From Gammaproteobacteria bacterium (GTDB lineage Bacteria > Pseudomonadota > Gammaproteobacteria > JACCXJ01), in the NCBI GenBank assembly GCA_013697045.1, contig JACCXJ010000253.1:1-47594 (forward strand): DNA of 47,594 bases, read 5' to 3'. Positions 29,451 to 39,539 of the stretch are shown in pieces. The position numbers and the translations under genes were made by a program. A model generated the notes under the pieces. The model saw only the letters and a list, made by a program, of their open reading frames with translations. It was not told the origin of the DNA and ran no database searches. Numbering within the stretch: the stretch's first letter is position 1; each line of letters begins with the position of its first letter.

Positions 29451-29745
29451 GGAATAGGGATTTAAAACGCCCTGTTTCATGAAGAGGCACAGTACTGCCG
29501 GGCTCGTGAGCTGTCAACATGCGAGCCCTGATCCTGCAATCGGGCCATTGTCGGGCCCTTCATCGGCCCGAGGCGCTATGTTTCGGAGCGTTTTGGCGTC
29601 TCGAGCGAGCGAGGGCCAACAGGGAGGGTCGGCTTAGGGGCTGAACCGGATGGGATCGGGGATCGGTGGGGATCAGGCCATTTGGAATCGATCGAAGGCC
29701 TGGCCGCTGCTCGGGGCGGTGCTCGGGCGGGGCAGGTCTCGATGT
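29451..29745 (-). mobile_element. ISCR/IS91-like remnant with transposase C-terminus and oriIS-like end
   Basis: P.RAPPR....FDRFQMA tail shared with the 43170-43600 copy; ends GAAACAGGGCGTTTTAAATCCCTATTCC. Confidence 0.7.
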
Positions 29746-29979
29746 GTTCTTGTACCAGACTGGTAGAGGGCGGTGTCTTCGGGACGCCGCCGCTCGTCGT
29801 GGACGCGCCTTCCATCCTCGGGGCGCCAAGCAGGCAGCGTCCCTGTGCCTGGCTTTCCCGCTGGCGCCGTCTGAACCGCTTCGTCCATCGTCCTTGGTGT
29901 TGGTCTTCCTGAAAGTTACTGCATTGACAGTAGCATGGGGTTGCCGCTTCGGGCAACCGTTCATGCTACACAACGACGC

Positions 29980-30498
29980 AGATCATCAATGTGAACGACG
30001 GGGCGGTGCACACGAGATAGTCCCGGGGCTGTAGCCCGCCCGACACCCCTTGCCAGGACCCGCCGCGTGCTTATGATCCCCCGCGCCGCCTCGCCGCGCG
30101 TGGTCCTTGCCTATGACGGAATCCGACAACCCTCCTTCGGAAGCTCGGCCATTGGAAACAGAGCCTTTGGTTATCGAGCGTCTGGAGAGCGTCTTCGAGC
30201 CCCCCCTGCCCAAGCGGCCGGGGGATCGCTGGCGCTGGGCGCGCCTCTACGGCTGCGGGAAGGGGCTCGCCATCGCGGCGGCGGCGCGCCGCCATCGGGG
30301 GCCTTGCCTCGTCATCGTACCGAATGCCGCGGAGGCCGGCCGCATCGCTGATGAGGTGCAGTTCTTCGGGGATGACAGCTTGGAACCGCTCGCCTTCCCG
30401 GACTGGGAGACGCTGCCCTATGACCGCTTCTCGCCGTACCAGGACATAGTCTCCGAGCGCCTCGCGACGCTCTACCGCCTACCGGAGCTCCCGGGCGG
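29980..30498 (+). pseudogene. mfd: Diverged duplicate of the mfd upstream region and 5' end
   Basis: Colinear with 43635-44153, scattered substitutions, breaks after LPELPGG. Confidence 0.95.
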
Positions 30499-30664
30499 AT
30501 CGGCCCGCGAGTGTCTCGTAGACCGCGCGGCGCGCCGAGGCGCCTCGCTCGATCGGCGCCCTCTCGGCTCCTCTCTTCGCTCTTCGCGCGCACCCGCATC
30601 CGGATCCGCGGACGTCGCGTATATACTCGGGAAGCGAACGATGATCTGACGAGGAGGGCCTGTC

Positions 30665-32515
30665 ATGGCGTTACGCGCATTCCTTGTACTGCTGGGTGCC
30701 TTGGCCATTACGGTGCCCCCGCCCGCGGCCGCCGGCACGGAGGAATTGGAATGGGGCGAGTGGAGCACGGGCGTATTCGCCCGGGCCAAGGCCGAGAACC
30801 GCTTCGTGCTGCTCGATCTCGGCGCAGTCTGGTGCCACTGGTGCCATGTCATGGAGGAAACCACCTACCGCGATCCGGCGGTCGTTCGATTGATTCGATC
30901 GCGCTACCTGCCCGTCCGCGTCGACCAGGACGCCAATCCCGAGCTGTCGAACCGCTATGAGGACTATGGTTGGCCGGCTACCATCGTGTTCGCGCCGGAC
31001 GGGACCGAGCTCGCCAAGCGTCGCGGCTACATCCCGCCCGAGCAATTCGCCGCATTGCTCCAAGCCTTCATCGACGATCCCAAGCCGGGACCGTCCGTCG
31101 TGCCCGCGACACCGGTCGTGCCCGTTGCCCAGGCGGCGTTGGATCCCGCATCGCAAAGGGCATTGTTGGCCGAATATTTCGCGTTGTACGACGACGAGCA
31201 CGGCGGATGGGGAACGATGCACAAGTTCATGGATGCGGACAGTATCGAGTATGCCCTGCGCGGTGCCCTGAACGGCGACGCCCGCCTCGTCGAAATAGCG
31301 AAGCGAACACTGGATGCGGCGACGGCCCTCATCGATCCCGTGTGGGGGGGCGTCTATCAGTATTCCGTCGGCCCCTGGAACGACCCCCACTTCGAGAAGA
31401 TAATGTCCTTCCAGGCGAGTTACCTGCGCGCTTACTCACTCGCCTTCGGCCTCTGGCACGACGAGAAGTATCGCAAGACCGCCCAAGCCATCATCCGTTA
31501 TCTGACGGAGTTCCTGATGTCACCCGACGGCGTGTTCTACGCCAGTCAGGACGCCGACGCCGGCCCGGACGTGACCGGCAAGGACTTCTATGCCATGAGC
31601 GACGATGCGCGGCGCAAGGTGACGATGCCGCGCGTCGACCGGCACGTCTATGCGCGCGAGAACGGTTGGGCGATCACGGCCTTCGCGCTCTATGCGAACA
31701 TCACCGACGATAAAGGCACCCTCGACCGCGCCATTGAGGCGGCACGTTTCATCATCGGGCATCACGCCCTTCCGGACGGCGGCTTCCGCCACGACGCGGA
31801 CCAGGCGGCGGACGCCACGCCGCACCTCGGTGACAGTCTCTACATGGCGCAGGCCTTCGCCACCCTCTACGCCGCGACCGCGGAGCGCGAGTGGCTCGAT
31901 CATGCCGCCCGATCCATCGAATTCATCAGCCGGACATTCATGGACGAAGACGCCGGGTTCATCATCGCGCCGGTGCCCGCCGATGCCGTCGGCGTCTTCA
32001 AGAAGGCGGTCAGGCAAGTGGACGAGAACGTCACGCTTGCCCGCACCGCCAACTTGCTGTTCCACTACACGGGGAACGCACGTCATCGAGAGATGGCAGG
32101 GCATGCCATGCGCTATCTCGCCGCTCCGGCGCTGCTAGAATCGCGTCGTTCGTTACCGGGCGTTTTGCTCACCGCCCACGAGTTGAGCGAAGAGCCGCTG
32201 CACATCACGGTCGTCGGCAAGAGGAATGATGCCTCCGCTCGTGTGCTCTACGCCGAAGCGCTGCGCTGGCCTGCCGTCTTCAAACGCATCGAATGGTGGG
32301 ATCGTAGCGAAGGTCCGTTGCCGAACCCGGATATTCAATATCCGCAGCTCGATAAGGCCGCGATCTTCCTCTGCACGAACAAGACCTGCTCGCTGCCGAT
32401 GTATACGCCCGAGGCCTTGACGAAACGCCTGCACGCCGTCGCTTCAGAGGACGTTGCTTCGGTGCTCGACCCATCGACTACGGGTTTTCTTGCCATGGTG
32501 GGCGCACGTCGATGA
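30665..32515 (+). CDS. Secreted DUF255/YyaL-family thioredoxin-domain protein
   Basis: Signal peptide, [26 protein letters not shown]. Confidence 0.88.
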   Translation: MALRAFLVLLGALAITVPPPAAAGTEELEWGEWSTGVFARAKAENRFVLLDLGAVWCHWCHVMEETTYRDPAVVRLIRSRYLPVRVDQDANPELSNRYEDYGWPATIVFAPDGTELAKRRGYIPPEQFAALLQAFIDDPKPGPSVVPATPVVPVAQAALDPASQRALLAEYFALYDDEHGGWGTMHKFMDADSIEYALRGALNGDARLVEIAKRTLDAATALIDPVWGGVYQYSVGPWNDPHFEKIMSFQASYLRAYSLAFGLWHDEKYRKTAQAIIRYLTEFLMSPDGVFYASQDADAGPDVTGKDFYAMSDDARRKVTMPRVDRHVYARENGWAITAFALYANITDDKGTLDRAIEAARFIIGHHALPDGGFRHDADQAADATPHLGDSLYMAQAFATLYAATAEREWLDHAARSIEFISRTFMDEDAGFIIAPVPADAVGVFKKAVRQVDENVTLARTANLLFHYTGNARHREMAGHAMRYLAAPALLESRRSLPGVLLTAHELSEEPLHITVVGKRNDASARVLYAEALRWPAVFKRIEWWDRSEGPLPNPDIQYPQLDKAAIFLCTNKTCSLPMYTPEALTKRLHAVASEDVASVLDPSTTGFLAMVGARR

Positions 32516-32584
32516 TCTTGGCCACCTACCTGTCTTCCCCTCCCGATGGAACGGGATTGAGGGAAGGGCGATCGAAAACCGTTC

Positions 32585-32750
32585 GGACGAAGAATGATCG
32601 CGGGGGAACAACAGATCACGCCGGGGGTACATGGGATCATCGCAGCGAGACGAGAGCGCATCGCGTGCGAACGAAGGATCCTCGCGTGCGAACGATGTCC
32701 GGACCGCCGGCAACGTCGTCCGCACGGGTGCGGACGATGTCGTCGTCGAG
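32585..32750. repeat. Partial copy of the 21-bp-periodic element
   Basis: GATCATCGCAGCGAGACGAGAGCGCATCGCGTGCGAACGAAG shared with the copies at 38315 and 39540. Confidence 0.8.
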
Positions 32751-32789
32751 CGCCCCGCCAATCGCATACGCAGCCCCTCGGCCACGGGT

Positions 32790-33340
32790 CGATCCTTCTC
32801 GTCCGCATGGTGCCGGCCGCTCACACCCGAACGCGGATCGACCGAGCGCGTGCGCGCGGGAAAGACGTACGGCCATGCCCATTGCCTTGGGGCGCCTGGG
32901 TACTTCCGCGAAAGCGCGTCGGGGGAGATAGGCCTCGCCGTACCCGGCTGCCGGATCCGACTCGTGGAGCTCTTGACCCGGACGAGATGTGCGAAGATGC
33001 ATACGACCTTTTGGTGGCCCGAATCGACCGGGCAGCCGCGCCGGCCTTTTCGCCGACTCGATGCCTTCGAGCCAAGGCAGAGGTTCCGCAAGCACCTCCT
33101 TGTACAAGAACAGGATCGCCCTCTTGGCCTGGTTCTGCGTCGAGGCCGACACGCGTTTCGCCACCGCGAGGTGAGGTGGGTCAGGAACGCCTCGATCTCC
33201 GCCGCCCCCCGTGTCGCGGGGGTGTCGCTTGTTGTGTGCAAAGCGTCGCATCCAATCGATGTAGGTCCTGCTCGGTCCGGATGCTGTAGTGCTTGCGCCG
33301 GGTACCGATCCGATCCCGGACGTGGTCCAAGAGACGGGGT
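32790..33340 (-). pseudogene. intI: Integron integrase pseudogene
   Basis: [28 protein letters not shown]...[19 protein letters not shown], and the IntI-specific insert ALSRKYP.A..QWAW.YVFPA...SVDPRSG...RHH; frameshifts, central deletion, no C-terminus. Confidence 0.92.
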
Positions 33341-33399
33341 TGTCCCTTACCCATACCGACCTCCGAAGATGTGCTTGCTTTCCCGCTTTTGGGAGTACT

Positions 33400-33510
33400 A
33401 TAATTTGTCTAAGTGCTTGATCTGCGGGACAAGGCGCTCGTCCCACGACTCACTATACCGCCTCGTGACGCAGAAGAAAAGCACCTTTTAGGGGGTCTCC
33501 TCGTTAGGAA
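33400..33510 (+). other. Putative attI region; core GTTAGGAA at 33503
   Basis: Between divergent intI and the first cassette; core is the exact complement of TTCCTAAC at 34392. Confidence 0.7.
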
Positions 33511-33519
33511 GAAATTCAG

Positions 33520-34398
33520 ATGGGAAACGCTCAGCTGAAAAGAAAATACGTAGAGCATGCAATACGCTCACTCAAGAATGTGCTGCGATCGTTTCCGGGC
33601 GCGTATATCTGCCCAATTTGCGTCGAGTTGTTCCCTGACCTTGAAGCTTTCAGCATTGAGGATGTGCCTCCGGCGTCTATCGGCGGGCGGCGGATCTGTG
33701 TGACATGTCAGCCATGCAATTCAACCGCGGGGCATGCCATTGATGCCGCAGTTCAGTGGGAGACAAAGCTTCGCCGCGGATTCTTGGCAAACGGCATGGT
33801 TGCCGAACGAGCAAAGTTGAAGATCAGTGAAGTCTCTCTGAACGTAGACGTAACGCGCGACAAAAATGGCCTCAACGTCGTCGTTGCCCCAGGCCAGAAC
33901 GATCCTCGCGCCGTCGAGGCTGGCAAAGCCGAGATGCAAGATGCTTGTTTTCGAAAGAGAGGGACGTTCACCCTCACCAAATCCGCTTCATACAAGCAAC
34001 GGGCAGCCGATGTTGGCTACTTGAAGTCTGCTTATCTCGCCGCGTTCGCAAAGTTTGGGTATCGGTGGATTTTCCAACCGGCACTCAATTCGGTGCGCGA
34101 GCAGATTCGATGGCCCGGGACTATGGTTCTAGAACGTTTTCGGGTTTACCTTGGTAGTGAACTCCCAAGCGGCGATGGGATCTACTTTTTGTCCAATCCG
34201 CTCAAGTGTCTGCTGGTCAAGATCGACCGCTCTGGGGTCTTACTGCCTTGGCTACGGGGGGAGGGTGCCGGAGTATTCGAGTGGCTACAAACCCAGTCCG
34301 ACCGAGAATCGTCTGTCAGGTGTTCCATCACGGATGGATGGTCGTGGCCGACAACCCTCGAACTCAGCTTGGACCAAATCGAGCCAAATGATTCCTAA
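33520..34398 (+). CDS. Cassette 1: HNH-type endonuclease-like protein
   Basis: CPIC...EDVPP..IGG....TCQPCNS..G zinc/HNH-like motif; AYLAAF..FGY. Confidence 0.7.
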   Translation: MGNAQLKRKYVEHAIRSLKNVLRSFPGAYICPICVELFPDLEAFSIEDVPPASIGGRRICVTCQPCNSTAGHAIDAAVQWETKLRRGFLANGMVAERAKLKISEVSLNVDVTRDKNGLNVVVAPGQNDPRAVEAGKAEMQDACFRKRGTFTLTKSASYKQRAADVGYLKSAYLAAFAKFGYRWIFQPALNSVREQIRWPGTMVLERFRVYLGSELPSGDGIYFLSNPLKCLLVKIDRSGVLLPWLRGEGAGVFEWLQTQSDRESSVRCSITDGWSWPTTLELSLDQIEPNDS

Positions 34399-34415
34399 CA
34401 ATGCGCTTGAGAGGG
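34392..34415 (+). other. attC left half (truncated)
   Basis: TTCCTAACAATGCGCTTGAG overlaps the stop codon; no right half found. Confidence 0.65.
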
Positions 34416-34520
34416 ACGTGCGGGATCGGCGTTCGCTCTTCCCCGTGATGTACGGATTTTGCGACGGTACCCGGATCGTGGTACCGTAGCGACGCAAGCA
34501 CTCGAAAAAGGTGGCACGTC

Positions 34521-36218
34521 ATGTTCGATCCGACTCTGAACGGTGTAATGGCGCAGGTTGATGCCGGCAAGATTGTTCTGCCAGCCATGCAGCGCCCCTT
34601 CGTCTGGAAAGAGGACCGGATCACCAAGCTCATGAACAGCCTCCTCCGGGGCTTTCCTCTAGGAACGGCGCTGCTCTGGAAGACGGCTACGATGCAGCGC
34701 TTCCGCCGCTTTCAGAGGGATGTGCAGCCCGATGCCGGCATCACCGTCGATTTCGACAGCGACGACTCGACCGAGCGATACTTGGTGCTTGACGGTCAGC
34801 AGCGACTCACGAGCCTCTTCGTCGCGATCGCCGGTACGTACGACGGCAAGAAGCTGTTCGTCGACGTGCTGAGTGGAGTCAAGGGCGAGAAGGATGCGGG
34901 CGACGCCTATTGGGACTGCCGCTTTCTCGTCGAGAAGGAAGCGAAGGATCTCAATGCGTGGCCACGCCCGGCTGGCGAGAAGAACGGTAGCGCAGAGCGT
35001 GCCGTTTTCGTGAAGTTCCAGGATCTCACGAGGCTTGCCGCTGCCAAAGCCGGCGTCATCGCGACTCAGCGCGCTGCCGAATTGGGCCTGGATGCGGCGC
35101 AGACGACTCACATGACGACCAGCTACCTTCAGGGCGCGACGGTGCTGGCCAGCAAGACGGCGCTCCAGATCCATCTCATCGACGAGGACGCGGGCGAGCC
35201 GATGCCGATCGAGGAGATCCTGGAGGTCTTCGTCCGCGTGAATTCAGGCGGGCTGGTTCTCCAGAAGTCCGACCTGCTCATGAGCCTGCTGGACCTCAAG
35301 TGGAACGACATCCAACCCGAGCTGTCCCGAGCGGTTACGGAGATCAACGCGTTGCGCCCGTTCAACATTACGCGCGACGACGTGCTCAAGAGCCTCTTGC
35401 TGGCAAAGGGCTCCGAGACCCGGTTCGACCGACTAGTCGCTGATCGCAGCCGTGTAGAGAAGCTCGCGACAGATCTCCCGCAGCTCCTTCCTGCTTTGCA
35501 GGCGGCGTGGAAATCCATGACGTTATTGCTGATGGACGACTGCAAGATCACCTCGGAGCGGTTCTTCCGAGGCGGCCACAACTCGCTGCTTCCGTTCGTT
35601 CTCTACTTCGTTGCGAACCCGGCGCCGAGCCCAGCCGAGAAGCGTAGGCTCGTGGTAGCGGTGTACACGACGCTGATGAGCGGTGTCTTTGCGGGCGCCG
35701 AGGCGCGGATGGGCGCCTTCGTGCGGAAAGAGTGCGTCAAAGGGAAGCCATTCCCGCTCGATAAGCTCACGCGCCTCGTCGCCAGTCACTACGGCGTTAG
35801 TTTGCTCGAGACGCTCCTGTCGCGACACCTTGATCTCACCCTCAACATTGCCCACGGCGGGATCACGGTAGACGACAATAACGCGGAGAACCTGCAACGG
35901 GACCACATCTTCCCCCGTGCGATGCTGGAGAAGCAGGGAATGCCCCCTGAGCGAACGAACCACTACGCGAACTTCCACTTCCTCCGCGGCAAGGGCAACC
36001 TCAACAAGTCGGACACGGCGCCGCACGAGTGGTTCAAGAAGCCGGGCGATCAGCCGGCGTACTCGGACGACGACCTCAAGGAGCGCCTCTTGACGTGGGA
36101 TCTCCTCCAACCGGGCAAGTTCGGCGACATGCTTAGGGAGCGCAGTCAGAAGATTCACGAGAGAGCCCTTGCGCTCTTCGGGATGACGTCGGCCGAGTTC
36201 GACGCGCTTTTCGCATGA
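34521..36218 (+). CDS. DUF262 + DUF1524 GmrSD-like restriction/defence protein
   Basis: P.MQRPFVW, LDGQQRLTSL, F.RVNSGG..L, DHIFP, N...L....N..KS. Confidence 0.88.
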   Translation: MFDPTLNGVMAQVDAGKIVLPAMQRPFVWKEDRITKLMNSLLRGFPLGTALLWKTATMQRFRRFQRDVQPDAGITVDFDSDDSTERYLVLDGQQRLTSLFVAIAGTYDGKKLFVDVLSGVKGEKDAGDAYWDCRFLVEKEAKDLNAWPRPAGEKNGSAERAVFVKFQDLTRLAAAKAGVIATQRAAELGLDAAQTTHMTTSYLQGATVLASKTALQIHLIDEDAGEPMPIEEILEVFVRVNSGGLVLQKSDLLMSLLDLKWNDIQPELSRAVTEINALRPFNITRDDVLKSLLLAKGSETRFDRLVADRSRVEKLATDLPQLLPALQAAWKSMTLLLMDDCKITSERFFRGGHNSLLPFVLYFVANPAPSPAEKRRLVVAVYTTLMSGVFAGAEARMGAFVRKECVKGKPFPLDKLTRLVASHYGVSLLETLLSRHLDLTLNIAHGGITVDDNNAENLQRDHIFPRAMLEKQGMPPERTNHYANFHFLRGKGNLNKSDTAPHEWFKKPGDQPAYSDDDLKERLLTWDLLQPGKFGDMLRERSQKIHERALALFGMTSAEFDALFA

Positions 36219-36244
36219 GTCTGGAGCCGATCTATCGCCCGACC

Positions 36245-36286
36245 ACCGCAAAATGCGCGGCGGGGGGTGATGCCCAAGTTAGGTTC
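36245..36286 (+). other. attC right half; core GTTAGGTTC at 36278
   Basis: Complementary to GAACCTAAC at 36962. Confidence 0.7.
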
Positions 36287-36339
36287 AAAGAGAAGCAGCT
36301 AAACCATTCTCGCTAATACTACTGATTACACTCTGGCAG

Positions 36340-36681
36340 ATGCAAACCATTGCCGAAGTGCCGGAGTACACTCGCCGAGCCGAACGGCTGCTGTCAGAAA
36401 CCGAGCGTCAAGCGGTCATCGACTATTTGGCCGCCTTTCCGAAAGCGGGTGTCATTTTGCAGGGCATCGGAGGCCTTCGAAAAATACGCTGGGCACGGCA
36501 AGGGTCTGGCAAGAGCGGCGGAGTTCGGGTCATTTACTACTTTCACAACGAAGAGATGCCACTGTACTTACTCTCTGTTTTCGGTAAGGGCGAGAAGGCG
36601 AACCTAAGTAAAGCGGAAAGAAACGAGTTGGCTAGGCTAGTTCGTCTTCTTGTCGACGCTTGGAGCACCAGAGATGAATGA
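36340..36681 (+). CDS. RelE/HigB-family toxin (cassette)
   Basis: G..I.G.GG.RKIRW...G.GKSGGVRVIYY, K.EKANLS. Confidence 0.9.
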   Translation: MQTIAEVPEYTRRAERLLSETERQAVIDYLAAFPKAGVILQGIGGLRKIRWARQGSGKSGGVRVIYYFHNEEMPLYLLSVFGKGEKANLSKAERNELARLVRLLVDAWSTRDE

Positions 36682-37012
36682 AGCAGTCAAAAGTATAAAA
36701 CAGGGCTTACTGGAAGCAATCGATCATGCCAATGGTAAGCCTGTTAAGGCTGTTGTACATAAACCCGAGTTTATTGATGTGCAAACAGTGCGGAAAAAGG
36801 TGGGTATGACGCAAGCGGAGTTTGCAGCCTCGTTTGGGGTCAGTCTCGGTACGTTACGGCATTGGGAGCGCGGTGATCGTAGACCACGAGGGCCTGCCTT
36901 AGTTTTGCTCAATGTGGTAGCGAGAGAACCCAAGGCAGTTCTTAATGCATTGTCAAAAAGCGAACCTAACAAATCTCTCCACCGGACGCGCCAAAAAGCG
37001 GCGCGGCGGTGA
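36674..37012 (+). CDS. HTH (HigA/Xre-type) antitoxin
   Basis: VRKKVGMTQAEFA..FGVS..TLRHWERG.R.P.GPA..LL. Confidence 0.9.
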   Translation: MNEAVKSIKQGLLEAIDHANGKPVKAVVHKPEFIDVQTVRKKVGMTQAEFAASFGVSLGTLRHWERGDRRPRGPALVLLNVVAREPKAVLNALSKSEPNKSLHRTRQKAARR

Positions 37013-37027
37013 GCTAATTCGTTGGGC
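36964..37027 (+). other. attC site
   Basis: ACCTAAC...CACCG/CGGTGAG imperfect palindrome...GTTGGGC. Confidence 0.88.
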
Positions 37028-37062
37028 ATCACGGCAGCGCCGCGCCAGAGGAGGCAGTTGAA

Positions 37063-37461
37063 ATGCTAAACGGTGGTTGCTTCTGTGGCGCGATCCGGTA
37101 TGAGACGGCAGGCACGCCCTTTGACCAGACGAACTGTCACTGCTCGATCTGCCGTCGAACGACCGGCGCCCCATTCGTAGCCTGGTTCAGCGTGCCACGG
37201 TCTGAGTTCCGGCTCACCCGAGGCACGCCTATGCGATTCAGATCAACCCCGAAGGGAATGCGGAGTTTCTGTCCTCGGCGCGGCACCCAGCTGACTTTCG
37301 AGCACGACGACGCCCTGGACGAGATTGACGTCACGACCTGCAGTCTTGATGATCCCGAACGGCTGCCGCCGGAAGATCACACGCGCACGAGCAGTAAGCT
37401 CGGGTGGGTCAAGTTGTCCGACGGTTTCCCCGAGTACCGCGAGGCGCGGTACGAAGGGTGA
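37063..37461 (+). CDS. GFA family (CENP-V-like) protein (cassette)
   Basis: GGCFCGAIRY, CHCSICRR, RSFCP.RGT (last Cys replaced by Arg). Confidence 0.9.
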   Translation: MLNGGCFCGAIRYETAGTPFDQTNCHCSICRRTTGAPFVAWFSVPRSEFRLTRGTPMRFRSTPKGMRSFCPRRGTQLTFEHDDALDEIDVTTCSLDDPERLPPEDHTRTSSKLGWVKLSDGFPEYREARYEG

Positions 37462-37468
37462 TCGTGAT

Positions 37469-37546
37469 GGCCAACCCGTGGTTGCACCGGACCCGCGGAA
37501 GCGGGCTTCGCCCGCTCGCACGGACCGGCGGACTCTAACGTTGGGC
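37469..37546 (+). other. attC site
   Basis: GGCCAAC...central GCGGGCTTCGCCCGC hairpin...GTTGGGC; GTGATGGCCAAC complements the cassette start GTTGGGCATCAC with one mismatch. Confidence 0.85.
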
Positions 37547-37567
37547 GGCGGGAGACAGGCTACCGCG

Positions 37568-37972
37568 GTGGACCTTCTGATCAACGTCGATGTCGATGAT
37601 CTCGAGGCGGCGATCGCGTTCTACCAACGAGGTGTCGGGCTTCGCGTCGGACGTCGACTGTTCGAAGGAACTGTGGTTGAGATGCTCGGCGCGTCGTCGC
37701 CGATCTATCTCATGGAAAAGAAAGCTGGGACCTCGGCGAGTACCTATACATCCCAGTTTCGAGACTACGGTCGGCACTGGACGCCGGTGCATCTCGACTT
37801 CATCGTTGACGACGTCGCGGCTGCAGCACGAAACGCTCTGGCCGCGGGGGCGAAGCTGGAAGGCGAGTTGCAGTCGTTCAGCTGGGGACGCCAGGCGACG
37901 ATGAGTGATCCGTTTGGCCACGGACTGTGTTTCGTGCAGTGGCTAGGCAAGGGCTACGGTGATGCGCCATAA
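37568..37972 (+). CDS. VOC/glyoxalase family protein (cassette)
   Basis: NVDVDDLEAAIAFY, VHLDFIVDD, WGR.A...DPFGHG. Confidence 0.9.
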   Translation: MDLLINVDVDDLEAAIAFYQRGVGLRVGRRLFEGTVVEMLGASSPIYLMEKKAGTSASTYTSQFRDYGRHWTPVHLDFIVDDVAAAARNALAAGAKLEGELQSFSWGRQATMSDPFGHGLCFVQWLGKGYGDAP

Positions 37973-37975
37973 CAC

Positions 37976-38080
37976 GCCGCCCGACCCGCGCCGGGCTTCA
38001 AGGGTAATGATAACCGCCGTGGATCGCCGTCGCCTTTCCAAGCCTTCGTGGCCGCCGCGGCTGATCTTGTTTCGTTCGGC
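37976..38080 (+). other. Degenerate attC site
   Basis: GCCGCCCGAC (one mismatch to the complement of cassette start GTTGGGCGGC)...GGCTGATCTTGTTTC-GTTCGGC. Confidence 0.55.
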
Positions 38081-38086
38081 GCTCCC

Positions 38087-38305
38087 ATGGCGTCGTCATC
38101 CTTCGTTCCAGAGTGGGGAACAATGCCTGCACCTGAACCAGAACTACTCTTAGCGATACTGCAGCAGACGCTTGCAACTCAGGGGATCGATTTCGACAGC
38201 ATTATTGCCAAGCTCGGCCAAGTGCAAGCCTCGGAGGACAGGCTGCAAGGAAGGCGGTTCACATTAGGTGACCACTTGCGGGGATCGGTGCTCTCACTCC
38301 TCAGC
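38087..38305 (+). pseudogene. Truncated cassette ORF of unknown function
   Basis: ORF starts just after attC and is cut by the repeat element. Confidence 0.45.
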
Positions 38306-38314
38306 GCGGACCTG

Positions 38315-38805
38315 TCGATCCCCGCACGGATCCATACATTGCCGGAACGCTGAGGCTCGGGATCGAAGGATCATCGCGATGGAGCAAAGGAGCATCAAGC
38401 GCGGGCGAGGGATGATCGCGAGGAAACAAAGGATCACCGCGAGGCAGACATCGGATCATCGCAGCGGGACGAGAGCGCATCGCGTGCGAACGAAGGGGCA
38501 TCGCAGGGGAAGGACAGTCCCCACAGCCGATGACGTCGCCCGCGCGCGTGCGGACGACTGTTTCGGCCGAGAGATCGATCCTCGGGACGCGCGTCCGCGT
38601 AAGCATGGGTCGATGTCCGGTGAAGGATCGGTGCGGCAGAGGAACCGCCCACTACGACTCCTTCCGCAATCGCCGCCGCCCGGACCTTCGGACGAAGGAC
38701 GGGGTGGTCTAGGCGAAGCGCCCGTTCGGCGGTCCCGAAGCGGTGCTCCGCCATCTCAGGCGCTATACCCATCGGATCGCCATCGGCAACGAGCGCCTAC
38801 TCGGT
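38315..38805 (+). mobile_element. Repeat element copy A with internally deleted IS91-family transposase remnant
   Basis: Near-identical to 39540-39965; ends in HYDSFRNR (cf. YNSCRNRHCP) and VV*AKRPFGGPEAVLRHLRRYTHRIAIGNERLL. Confidence 0.8.
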
Positions 38806-38862
38806 TGCGAGAACGACGAGGTTGCGGAGAGCGCGCAGGTTGATTTCGCGGCCATCCGACGC

Positions 38863-38891
38863 TTGACGCTAATCACGCCGCGCGTTACTAT
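38863..38891 (+). promoter_or_regulatory. higBA promoter, probably leaderless
   Basis: TTGACG-17 nt-TACTAT, 6 nt before the GTG start. Confidence 0.7.
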
Positions 38892-38897
38892 CACGGA

Positions 38898-39176
38898 GTG
38901 ATCAGGACGTTCAAATGCGTCGATACGCAAGCCCTTTCAAAGGGCGAGCGAGTGAAGCGGTTCGCGAACATCGCGACTGTTGCGCGACGTAAGCTTCGGC
39001 AGCTGGAGATCGCCGCCCGCTTGGATGATCTGCGCGTACCGCCCGGTAATCGACTTGAGACACTCAAAGGGGATCGCGCGGGCCAGCATAGTATCCGCAT
39101 AAACGATCACTTCCGTGTGTGCTTCCGTTGGGACGCCGCGGGCGCTGAGGACGTCGAGATCGTGGACTATCACTGA
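38898..39176 (+). CDS. higB: HigB (plasmid maintenance killer-type) toxin
   Basis: DLRVPPGNRLE.LKGDRAGQHSIRIND..RVCF.W...EDVEIVDYH. Confidence 0.95.
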   Translation: MIRTFKCVDTQALSKGERVKRFANIATVARRKLRQLEIAARLDDLRVPPGNRLETLKGDRAGQHSIRINDHFRVCFRWDAAGAEDVEIVDYH

Positions 39177-39185
39177 CGGGGAACG

Positions 39186-39515
39186 ATGATGCGTAAGCTC
39201 AAGCCAGTAACACCAGGCGAACTCCTGTTGGAGGAGTTCCTGAAACCTATGGGCATCAGCCAGTATCGGCTGGCGAAGGAGATTGGCGTACCGGCGCAGC
39301 GTATCGGCGACATCGTGGCGGGCAAGCGCGCCATAACCGCCGACACCGACTTGCGGCTATGCCGGTTCTTCGGTCTTTCCAACGGATACTGGCTGCGTGC
39401 CCAAGTGATGCATGACACCGAGATCGCGGAACGTGCGCTGGGCGCTGAGCTGGCGAAGATCAAGCCGTGGGAAGGCACGTCGGGTGATGGGAGGCGCGCT
39501 CTAACCCGCGCATGA
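39186..39515 (+). CDS. higA: HigA addiction-module antitoxin
   Basis: PGELLLEEFLKPMGISQYRLAKEIGV...RAITADTDLRL.RFFG. Confidence 0.95.
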   Translation: MMRKLKPVTPGELLLEEFLKPMGISQYRLAKEIGVPAQRIGDIVAGKRAITADTDLRLCRFFGLSNGYWLRAQVMHDTEIAERALGAELAKIKPWEGTSGDGRRALTRA

Positions 39516-39539
39516 ACACGCATCGTCGGCACGGCCCTG

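Noticed and set aside
38315-38520. 21-bp periodic units as CRISPR or a diversity-generating repeat
   Set aside because: Units are contiguous and degenerate, without unique spacers, an RT gene or an adenine-specific variation pattern.
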